From a virus, in the IMG/VR virus record IMGVR_UViG_3300021185_002806: a DNA stretch of 64,000 nt. One strand, 5' to 3'. Below the pieces are notes generated by a model. That model searched no databases. It was not told the DNA's origin and saw nothing but the letters and a program-made list of their open reading frames with translations. Made by a program: the position numbers and the translations under genes. Below, piece after piece: positions 56,675-64,000 of the stretch. Position 1 is the stretch's first letter, and each line of letters opens with the position of its first letter.

Positions 56675-57115
56675 TTATTTCCGATCCTTAAGAGTCGAAT
56701 TAATCTTCTTTTTATCAAACTTTTCCATAATATGCAAGTCTTTTTTGTGCTTTTCATATTCACATACTTGGCCGTTTGCTCTATTTAAGATATATCCATC
56801 ACAATATGCAACTAAGTACATATCACCATGTAACATATCATGTACTAACCAAAGTTGGTTATCTCTGTCTGGACATGCAAAATCTACAGTATAATAACAC
56901 CCTAGACCATTACCACTATGCGTATACCAACCTTCATTGATGTATTCCCAGATATCTGGCCAGGTGTACATATCATCATAGTTGAAGCCATGTGTTGCTG
57001 GATCAAGGCTTGTAAACCAATCCATAGTTTCTTGTAGTTGCTTTTTAGAGAAGTCTTTTTGAAGTTCTAGTCTTATCTGTCGCCACTCATAAAGCAAAGT
57101 AGCTTTATCACGCAT
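56675..57115 (-). CDS. Hypothetical protein
   Basis: TWPDIWEYI motif. Confidence 0.65.
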   Translation of the reverse strand: MRDKATLLYEWRQIRLELQKDFSKKQLQETMDWFTSLDPATHGFNYDDMYTWPDIWEYINEGWYTHSGNGLGCYYTVDFACPDRDNQLWLVHDMLHGDMYLVAYCDGYILNRANGQVCEYEKHKKDLHIMEKFDKKKINSTLKDRK

Positions 57116-57116
57116 A

Positions 57117-57899
57117 TTACATTGTCCATCTTTTAACCGTAAAACTTATATCTGTTTCAAATCCTGCATTTTGTGTATAATTAAACTTGATATCATCGCC
57201 GTCAATTACTGCATCAAAATTAATATTTGAAAATTCATCTGGTTCTGCAATGTTATCTCCATCATCTTGCCAAATTTCTGTGTTATCATCGCTAAGTTTT
57301 ACTTGGTTGATACCTTGCGGAACACCATTAATTACTTTAATTTGTCCTACTCTTACATATGTCACATTGCCGTCAGTTTGTTTTAATGAGTAGTCAATAA
57401 AGAATGATGTACAATCTGTCTTAAGATATCTTAAAAATGTACCTGCTGTTGTTTTTAGTTCTTTGTTAAATAGACTTGAACGCCTGCCTGTTGCCGCATC
57501 TAACGATTGTAAATGCTGGTCTGCAAACATTTGATTAAAAGAGTTTTCTGTTACAACTTCTACGTTACGTCTTGCACGTCCGTATTCATGTACGTTAAAT
57601 GAACCTGATGTGTCCATTGCAGTTATCAACGCATCAACATCTGAAACCTGACGAATAACTAAATCTTCATCAATAGTTAAACCTGGTTCTGGGTTGTCTG
57701 CACTATCTAACCAAGACTGAACAACTGCTTGTGCATTTGTAAATGGATCAAACTGTAATTCATTGATTGCTGAATCAATACCAACATATAACTGATTGGT
57801 ATCATAAGCAAAGCCCATTTCTCCTGTTTCAAGGGTATCTGCACTAATTTCTTTTCTTAGTCCACGTCTGAGTAAAATTTTAACGTTAGTTGTAGCCAT
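57117..57899 (-). CDS. Structural protein with Mtd/hyaluronidase-like N-terminal domain
   Basis: ILLRRG...LETGEMGFAYDTNQLYVG; late motif upstream. Confidence 0.7.
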   Translation of the reverse strand: MATTNVKILLRRGLRKEISADTLETGEMGFAYDTNQLYVGIDSAINELQFDPFTNAQAVVQSWLDSADNPEPGLTIDEDLVIRQVSDVDALITAMDTSGSFNVHEYGRARRNVEVVTENSFNQMFADQHLQSLDAATGRRSSLFNKELKTTAGTFLRYLKTDCTSFFIDYSLKQTDGNVTYVRVGQIKVINGVPQGINQVKLSDDNTEIWQDDGDNIAEPDEFSNINFDAVIDGDDIKFNYTQNAGFETDISFTVKRWTM

Positions 57900-57915
57900 C
57901 TAAAACTCCTAATTA

Positions 57916-58605
57916 CTACATGTATTTATCAAAATACTCTTGAACCTTGTTCGCCCATTGTAGCGAATACTTGTCAAATTCGTTTTCTTCTACAACAAAT
58001 TCTTGATAATTGCCCATGTTGTCTGCTTCTGCATCCCAACCAATCATCATGATAACAATAGTTTTGATATCTGTTCCATGTATCTCATTATGTGCGGCCG
58101 AATATGCGGCACCTTGTAAAAAATAATCATCAATCCATTCACGTTTTTTTGGTTTACGAGAAGTCTTAAAGTCAATGATTGCAGGCTTCCCTTTCCATAC
58201 ACCAACACAATCAGTGGTACCTGCATATAATCCGGGATAGTACAGAGGAACTTCTGTACCCCAAACTTCATCTACGTTTGAGAGTCCTTTGTCAATAACA
58301 ATGTCTGATAATTCTTTTGCCATTTGATGAATAAGATTAGACCCATTTGGTCTATCTTCTTCAAGTATAAATTTTTCGATATGTAAGTGAACTTGTGTGC
58401 CTATACCTGTTGCAAGTTTCATAATGCGATTTGCTTCTTCATCGCCTACTCTTTTGCGCCATTCATATAATGCAGTTTTGTCCTTAAGTGCATCCAGCAC
58501 TGTAGTAACACTCGGTAATGGTTTTCCTGTAGGTGTTTGATAATGTCGAGATCCATCCACATTAACACGTTCTAAGGGTTGATAGTTATATTTTTCTAGT
58601 AGCAT
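57916..58605 (-). CDS. PD-(D/E)XK exonuclease (Cas4/MGME1-like)
   Basis: PSVTTVL, GTQVH, AGTTDC, IIDFKTS, YFLQ..AY. Confidence 0.9.
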   Translation of the reverse strand: MLLEKYNYQPLERVNVDGSRHYQTPTGKPLPSVTTVLDALKDKTALYEWRKRVGDEEANRIMKLATGIGTQVHLHIEKFILEEDRPNGSNLIHQMAKELSDIVIDKGLSNVDEVWGTEVPLYYPGLYAGTTDCVGVWKGKPAIIDFKTSRKPKKREWIDDYFLQGAAYSAAHNEIHGTDIKTIVIMMIGWDAEADNMGNYQEFVVEENEFDKYSLQWANKVQEYFDKYM

Positions 58606-58611
58606 ACTAAT

Positions 58612-58640
58612 AGTATACTACAGAATCATATAGAATGCAA
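58612..58640 (-). promoter_or_regulatory. Sigma70-like promoter
   Basis: TTGCAT-N17-TATACT. Confidence 0.55.
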
Positions 58641-58647
58641 GTGAAAC

Positions 58648-59091
58648 TTACAAATTTTCGTTAATTTGTGCGATTAAATCTGCTTTAGTTTTTCTTCGGT
58701 CTAGTGACAAACCTAAATTTTCTTCTGCCCACATGTCTATTTCTTTCTTAGTCATTGATGCAAAATCTGGTCTTTCAGCAAGTGACACAGACTTTTTAGC
58801 CATAATAGCTTCTTTTTCTGCTCTTGCTTCTGTGATAATCTCAGGTGTTGTGATAACTTCCGCTTCTGCAATCTTACGTTCTTCTCTAGTAGATATTGCT
58901 TTCTTGTCTGCAACTCTTTGCATAAATTCACGGTGTCTTTTAGCACTAGCAATTTCTTTACGAACTTCTTTTTGTGAGTCCGATAATTTTTCTGTGCCTT
59001 TGTTTGCGTTATCTTCTAAATCCTGAGCAACCTTATTTGCCATTTCTTTTTTAGAAATAATATTGTGTTCGCCTTTAATAATTAAGCCCAT
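58648..59091 (-). CDS. Hypothetical protein with Rho-N/HeH-like C-terminus
   Basis: MTKKEIDMWAEENLGLSLDRRKTKADLI. Confidence 0.65.
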   Translation of the reverse strand: MGLIIKGEHNIISKKEMANKVAQDLEDNANKGTEKLSDSQKEVRKEIASAKRHREFMQRVADKKAISTREERKIAEAEVITTPEIITEARAEKEAIMAKKSVSLAERPDFASMTKKEIDMWAEENLGLSLDRRKTKADLIAQINENL

Positions 59092-59417
59092 TATTTTATC
59101 CTCTTATTCGCTGTTTTAACAGCAAGTTTTTTAACTGTTTCGCGGTCTTTTTCTTTATCATTGTTTCCACCAGATGGGGCTCCGGCTAAATCAATGGTAT
59201 CGACTGTTACTTTACTAACATACTTGCTATTAGACAATATATCTACTAAACTTTCTGGAGTAACACTATACCCCATGTCTGTCAACTCATCTACCATCAT
59301 ATCAGTACCTACGGTGCCAATATCATTTGCTTTTAGTCTAACAAGATACGCATTTATATCATTACGCATCTGTGCATTGTAGTTTGCGTCTTCGTTCAAC
59401 AGACTTGAAATTTTCAT
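59091..59417 (-). CDS. Putative head protein
   Basis: MKISSLLNE leader. Confidence 0.6.
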   Translation of the reverse strand: MKISSLLNEDANYNAQMRNDINAYLVRLKANDIGTVGTDMMVDELTDMGYSVTPESLVDILSNSKYVSKVTVDTIDLAGAPSGGNNDKEKDRETVKKLAVKTANKRIK

Positions 59418-59419
59418 GT

Positions 59420-60259
59420 TTAGTCTCTTTTCGCACGACCTAATGGTTCATCAATTTCACCCGATGCAGATTCGTCGCCACCGGCTATATCTGCCGTAAT
59501 GTCGCTTTCCATATCATCTTGCATGTCGCCGCCCATTTCGTTGTCAGCTGGTGCCATTGAATCATCTGATGCCGCTTCGCCTGAAAGAACTAGAGTAGCA
59601 TTATTAACTGAATCTTTTGCTGTTCGTGCCGAGTCTAATAAACTAGCAATCGCTGAATCAACAGAAGATTTAAATGTTCCTGCTTGGTCTGGTCCATGGG
59701 TATAAGCCATTTCATCAGATAGTGGACCTAATTGGTCGTTTTGAATTTTACCTAATTTTTCGATAACGTCTTGTAGTTCGTCTACGATACCACGTGCCGC
59801 CATTGTAATTTCAGCCTCAGCCGCGTCACCTTCTAGTAGTTTATTCAACTGTGCTAGAAGACTTTCTTCTAAATTTTCATTAGAAACCTCGGCAGATTTT
59901 TTATCTGTATTTTCCATTTTTGGTTCCTTTGTTTTAGTGTTTTCTTCGGCCTTCTTAGCGTGAACAGCCTTACGTTGTGCATCACTTACGTATTTGTGTT
60001 TTCCACCTTCGTCAAGTGTTTGCTCTTTGTGTGCTTTCAACAATGACTTAACTGTTTCTAGCATCATCATAGTTTCTACGTACTCACGGTTTTGATAGTC
60101 TGAACGCATTTCACGTTTCTTTGATTCCAGCTTATCTTTAGCCTCGCTTAATGATTTCAAGTCTCCTTCAACTGAATAATTGAAGTTTGACTTGAGATAC
60201 TCATTTAGTTTTGACGATATCATTATTGTATCTGTCTTAAAAAAGTTTGTACTTCTCAT
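59420..60259 (-). CDS. Putative prohead core/scaffold-like protein
   Basis: Acidic and helical; many LxE sites; ends LGRAKRD. Confidence 0.6.
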   Translation of the reverse strand: MRSTNFFKTDTIMISSKLNEYLKSNFNYSVEGDLKSLSEAKDKLESKKREMRSDYQNREYVETMMMLETVKSLLKAHKEQTLDEGGKHKYVSDAQRKAVHAKKAEENTKTKEPKMENTDKKSAEVSNENLEESLLAQLNKLLEGDAAEAEITMAARGIVDELQDVIEKLGKIQNDQLGPLSDEMAYTHGPDQAGTFKSSVDSAIASLLDSARTAKDSVNNATLVLSGEAASDDSMAPADNEMGGDMQDDMESDITADIAGGDESASGEIDEPLGRAKRD

Positions 60260-60311
60260 GGTAATTGCCCCATTACATAATATGTTTATATTATGTATTT
60301 ATCTTTTTAAA

Positions 60312-60953
60312 TTAAATTAGTGGTTTTTGTGTTTTAATAGCTTCATACAACTCATTAACGTGCTTTTTAGCATTCCAGGCTTCTGCTTTCGCTCTACTAA
60401 ATCGAGCCTCTGCTATGTCCATCTTACCAAAATCGTTACGCTTCTTTGCTAACTTGTATGTATTTTTATGCTGTAATGCATCATAATAGAATTTTTCGAA
60501 TACTGCATTGGTTGAAATAACTTTTGTTATCTCTTGTGAGTTAATCTTTCTGCCTTCATTCAAATGATGTACTAAAATATATGCTGTTTCATACGCTCTT
60601 AAATCTTCAAACAGCGTGTCATTTGTTCTACTATCAACAATATTAAAGGCCTTATCGTCTGTTTTTTCAACAGCATATATACCTACTTGTACACCTTTTG
60701 GTGTTTTTTTAGATTCATTAATTGTAGTTGCAACTTTTTTTGCAACGTTTGCCGTAGCACCTTGGAAATTTCTCATAATATTTTCCATGGCTTTGATGTC
60801 CGCAGTTTTTATACCGGGACTTACATCCACTATCTCGTTCCCACCCTGAGATTGTTGTGCTTCTGTTTGTGCTTTTAATCCACTCTTATCGCCATTCATA
60901 GCTTTAAGAAGATTCGCCATTGCACCTACATCTGCTCTACTTGGTCCAGTCAT
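60312..60953 (-). CDS. Putative virion protein
   Basis: Late cluster; INES site. Confidence 0.55.
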   Translation of the reverse strand: MTGPSRADVGAMANLLKAMNGDKSGLKAQTEAQQSQGGNEIVDVSPGIKTADIKAMENIMRNFQGATANVAKKVATTINESKKTPKGVQVGIYAVEKTDDKAFNIVDSRTNDTLFEDLRAYETAYILVHHLNEGRKINSQEITKVISTNAVFEKFYYDALQHKNTYKLAKKRNDFGKMDIAEARFSRAKAEAWNAKKHVNELYEAIKTQKPLI

Positions 60954-60964
60954 TACTTCCTCCG

Positions 60965-61159
60965 TTATACAGTCCTATACCCTCTTAATGAAGGCACAAG
61001 AACACCTTTGTGTGACAGTCTTTCTGCAATTATCTGTTCTCTTTCAGATAATTGTGTTTCATTGACATATTCATTTTCTGAGAAATATTTAGCAATTAAA
61101 TCGCTCTCTTCCTCATTAATCATTACGTATAATCCACCTAAAACTTCTGTTAATCTCAT
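60965..61159 (-). CDS. Small winged-helix-like virion-cluster protein
   Basis: MRLTEV; LSEREQIIAERLSHKGVL. Confidence 0.55.
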   Translation of the reverse strand: MRLTEVLGGLYVMINEEESDLIAKYFSENEYVNETQLSEREQIIAERLSHKGVLVPSLRGYRTV

Positions 61160-61174
61160 TCAATACCCCTAAAA

Positions 61175-61903
61175 TTACTTGTTCAGTTTATTTAATAGAT
61201 TTCTAAATTGTGTTGCAGTTCTAGGATCCGCCGCTAAAGCATCAACCGATGATGCTTGTTGTGCCATTGCTTTACGCTGTATTGGCGTTAGTGCTTTTCC
61301 TTGTCCTGCCTGCGTGACTGCATCTGCCGCCTGTTGTGCAGTTGCTCCGCCTAAATTATCTTTTCCTAATCGTTGCATCGCTTGTGCTTTTTTAGTTTTA
61401 TCTGCCGCTGTTGGTGCCTGTGCTGTAGCGCCCGCTGATGCGGCCTTTGATGCTCTCATTTCGCCAGGAGACTGGGTTCCACCAGCTGAATACTGTTCTT
61501 TAAACATACGTGATGGAATCTTTTCTTTCTCAATTTTCTTAGCATATTTCAAGTCTTCTTTATCTACAGGACCTTTAAACCCATATGACTTGTCGTAGAT
61601 GTGTTCCCAGCCATTGCCATCATTCTTAATATATGAAATTGCCGTATCTGGGTAGCGTACAATTCCGTACTTTGCATTATCTACAAATTCTTCATTCACT
61701 CCAAGACCTAAAATTTCTCTTGATGTTTCCATTTCTGTGTTTCTAACAGCCTTGACAAGTTCTATATACTGTTTAAAATCTAAAGTCTTCAATCTGTCAC
61801 GAACTACTTCTTCTTTCTCTCCAACCAAATCGGCAATATCTGCAATTTTGTCATCGATGCTTTCAGTTCTCATTGATTTTTGTATTTCTTCTTTTAAATT
61901 CAT
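61175..61903 (-). CDS. Putative modular head protein
   Basis: Modules bounded by RTE, VNE, FKE. Confidence 0.6.
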   Translation of the reverse strand: MNLKEEIQKSMRTESIDDKIADIADLVGEKEEVVRDRLKTLDFKQYIELVKAVRNTEMETSREILGLGVNEEFVDNAKYGIVRYPDTAISYIKNDGNGWEHIYDKSYGFKGPVDKEDLKYAKKIEKEKIPSRMFKEQYSAGGTQSPGEMRASKAASAGATAQAPTAADKTKKAQAMQRLGKDNLGGATAQQAADAVTQAGQGKALTPIQRKAMAQQASSVDALAADPRTATQFRNLLNKLNK

Positions 61904-61914
61904 AATAGTACCTC

Positions 61915-62193
61915 TTACCTTTTATTCAACGTTTTTAAACGTCTACTTGCAGGATTCATTCTTCTTGTCATAGCCGCTTTTCGTTTCAACCTTGATCCTA
62001 GTTTTGCTTTTGTCCTAGCAAGAGTAAATCTCTTTTTAATATCAACTGGCTTAAAACAAGCCGTCGGAGTTGATACAGTTTTACCTTTTAATCTACCAGA
62101 TGAACATCTGTACTTACGTACAATTTGTCTGCCTTTTCTAGCATAAACTAGTTTGGCTTCTTCTACTGGTTGGAGAACTTCAAATACTTGCAT
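61915..62193 (-). CDS. Basic putative head protein
   Basis: MQVFEV...VEEA; KYRCSSGRLKGK. Confidence 0.65.
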   Translation of the reverse strand: MQVFEVLQPVEEAKLVYARKGRQIVRKYRCSSGRLKGKTVSTPTACFKPVDIKKRFTLARTKAKLGSRLKRKAAMTRRMNPASRRLKTLNKR

Positions 62194-62450
62194 TATATAC
62201 CTACCGCACTGCCAAATACAGATGTTAATAACGCTAACAACATTGTAGCAAATAATGTAGAACTTGCCCAGATAATAATCTTTTTAAGTTCAGAAATACC
62301 TTCTTTAGTTTCAGAGGCATTTTTCTCAATAAGACCTTCTAATCTAACAATACTTGTGTCAAGGTTTTTGAATCTTTCATGGGCAACAGCTACATGAGTT
62401 TCTAAACTTTCTGCTTCTAACTGCGCCAACTTGCTATCAATTCCTGCCAT
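62193..62450 (-). CDS. Coiled-coil protein with C-terminal TM
   Basis: SLETHV...ERF; late motif at 62493. Confidence 0.65.
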   Translation of the reverse strand: MAGIDSKLAQLEAESLETHVAVAHERFKNLDTSIVRLEGLIEKNASETKEGISELKKIIIWASSTLFATMLLALLTSVFGSAVGI

Positions 62451-62519
62451 AATAAAACTCCAAATCTAGGGAAAGTGTTATCCCGTTGATTGTATTTATC
62501 ATTTTAATTCAGAAATTTT

Positions 62520-63185
62520 TTATGCGAATTTAATGTATTTTTGCTTTTCTGGTTTAGGTTCATTTTTCCACATATTTCCAACATCAGTATATGACATATT
62601 CATTTCTTTTGTATGAGGATTATATGTTTTTCTAGTACTAGTAGAACCAACTCCTAGTCCAACAGCAACATAGAGGTCTTTCATATCGTCTATGTTTAAT
62701 TTTTCTTTAATCTTATCCAAATGCTCGTATTCCCAATCCATACAATTACAAAATCCACTGTCCAATCCTTTAGTTTTCGCTGAAAGCATAATATTAGTAG
62801 ATGCAATTCCTATTTCCATTGCAGTTATCATATGTCTATTGTACACTTGTGTCTGTAAATCAATAGTATGAGAAGGATCACCTTCTCTATTCCAAGGTGC
62901 ATCTTTTCTTCTAGTAAATACTAAAAGGTACGGTGCTAATACTTGTGTGTTATATTGTGCATTTGGTGTTCTTGGGTCACGTTGACAAAAATTATTGAAA
63001 TGATTTCTAAATTCTGTATCTGACCAATCAAATATATTGATTTCGTATCTTACTACATTTTGTTTTGAAGCTGAACGCCTATGAACTTCGTCCATTATTT
63101 CTTCGACAACGCTTTTATCAACAACCTGATCCATATCCCAAGTTGTTGTTTGTACTCTGTCGTCAATTAATGATGCCCATTCCAT
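62520..63185 (-). CDS. Nitroreductase-family protein
   Basis: R.QTTTW, ASKQN, EIGIA...AKTKGLDSGFC. Confidence 0.75.
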   Translation of the reverse strand: MEWASLIDDRVQTTTWDMDQVVDKSVVEEIMDEVHRRSASKQNVVRYEINIFDWSDTEFRNHFNNFCQRDPRTPNAQYNTQVLAPYLLVFTRRKDAPWNREGDPSHTIDLQTQVYNRHMITAMEIGIASTNIMLSAKTKGLDSGFCNCMDWEYEHLDKIKEKLNIDDMKDLYVAVGLGVGSTSTRKTYNPHTKEMNMSYTDVGNMWKNEPKPEKQKYIKFA

Positions 63186-63577
63186 TATAGAATGTCTGAC
63201 ATTACATATTCTATATTAACGCCTTCTTGCAAAGAAACACCGTCAATGGTAATGCCCTCAGTAAGTTCTTTTAATATAGAAGTGGTATCGCCATTTCTTT
63301 CAAATACTTTACCATGCTCTACTGCAAACTTAAATAGCATACCAGCGCCCGTTAACGATGGAGCTAGTCCATCTAGTGACACTGATAAAGGGTTATTCAT
63401 AATGATAGGTTGTGCAACTAATGAAACTAAGTTAACTATGTCATCAAAATTTTGCTGTGACTGGTCCGAAACATCACCGGTTGATGTAATGTCTAATCCT
63501 TTTACATACAATGTGTAAAAGTTGATATTGCCTGATAAGTTTTCACCAGCACTTGCGGCTCCATGTATTCTTGCCAT
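63185..63577 (-). CDS. Putative structural protein
   Basis: MARIHG...; similar N-terminus to 63728 ORF; late motif at 63617. Confidence 0.6.
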   Translation of the reverse strand: MARIHGAASAGENLSGNINFYTLYVKGLDITSTGDVSDQSQQNFDDIVNLVSLVAQPIIMNNPLSVSLDGLAPSLTGAGMLFKFAVEHGKVFERNGDTTSILKELTEGITIDGVSLQEGVNIEYVMSDIL

Positions 63578-63647
63578 ATTTTTTCTCCAAATATAAATTT
63601 ATATTCTTGTTATATGTATTTATCATTTTATAAGGTAAATCAAAGGC

Positions 63648-63678
63648 AAAAAAAAGACCCTCTTAAAGAGGGCCTTTT
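63648..63678 (-). terminator. Intrinsic terminator
   Basis: GGCCCUC-UUUAA-GAGGGUC followed by U8. Confidence 0.85.
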
Positions 63679-63727
63679 AATTACACGTAAAGTGTGGGTT
63701 GGACTTAAAGTCCAGGGGGGTAATAAC

Positions 63728-63991
63728 TTAGTAATCGAAGTCGGCTACTGAGAAATCAGCACCTAGAGCCGCGTCTAAACCAGCGGCATCCCATGCGCCG
63801 TTGTTTTCTACTGCGATTCTTACATCGTTACCATCGATAGCACCAACTAGTACTACTGTAGCACGTGTTCCTGTGCCTTCGATAATTGCTTTCATGTCGC
63901 CTGCCGCCATACCAGTCTTAGTCACTGTGAAGTGATTTAAGTTACCAGTAAGGAATTGACCTGCTGAATATGTTTCATGTACTTTTGCCAT
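63728..63991 (-). CDS. Putative structural (decoration-like) protein
   Basis: MAKVHETYSAGQFLTG; followed by a strong terminator. Confidence 0.6.
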   Translation of the reverse strand: MAKVHETYSAGQFLTGNLNHFTVTKTGMAAGDMKAIIEGTGTRATVVLVGAIDGNDVRIAVENNGAWDAAGLDAALGADFSVADFDY

Positions 63992-64000
63992 TTTAGTTCT

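Noticed and set aside
57916-58605. Cas4-like nuclease as part of a CRISPR system
   Set aside because: No repeat-spacer array or other cas genes seen; standalone exonucleases of this type are common in T4-like phages
1-64000. Alternative genetic code (stop-codon recoding)
   Set aside because: Recognisable genes are full length in code 11 and TAA, TAG and TGA all act as stops; reading through the TAG at 14008 does not restore the frame
1-64000. Bacterial chromosome origin suggested by clpX, infC, rpsU, def, acpS and guaC
   Set aside because: Usual operon partners (clpP, thrS/rpmI/rplT, fmt) are absent, and the genes are interspersed with PAAR, endolysin, head proteins and T4-like late motifs

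Overview
This is a 64-kb, AT-rich, gene-dense segment of a large T4-like or jumbo myovirus genome, probably marine, with most genes on the - strand. Phage evidence: a PAAR spike, GH19 endolysin, SleB hydrolase, head/internal proteins with Glu-cleavage motifs, recurring (G/T)ATAAATA late-promoter-like motifs and TTGACA-N17-TATAAT early-type promoters. The window carries an unusually complete host-takeover kit. (i) Translation and proteostasis: a permuted two-piece tmRNA (tag ANANYEPEMALAA), clpX-infC-rpsU, clpS, def, greA, and hsp20 with a ROSE-like thermometer. (ii) Fe-S/redox genes: fpr, sufE, fdxA, yggX. (iii) A ~10-kb cluster with radical SAM, MtnN, HxGH nucleotidyltransferase plus APS kinase, sulfotransferase-like, amidinotransferase, hydroxylase, TctA/TctC and methyltransferase genes. 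Intergenic DNA holds several structured RNA candidates: a 217-nt manA-like RNA with its own promoter, a pseudoknotted sRNA, a structured tctC leader, and a twin-hairpin leader before a micro-ORF array. Two frame-disrupting indels are visible: a 20-bp tandem duplication at 13988-14027 and a probable ~30-bp deletion near 37708. The permuted tmRNA points to an alphaproteobacterial host (inference). All family calls come from recognising motifs by eye; no searches were run.
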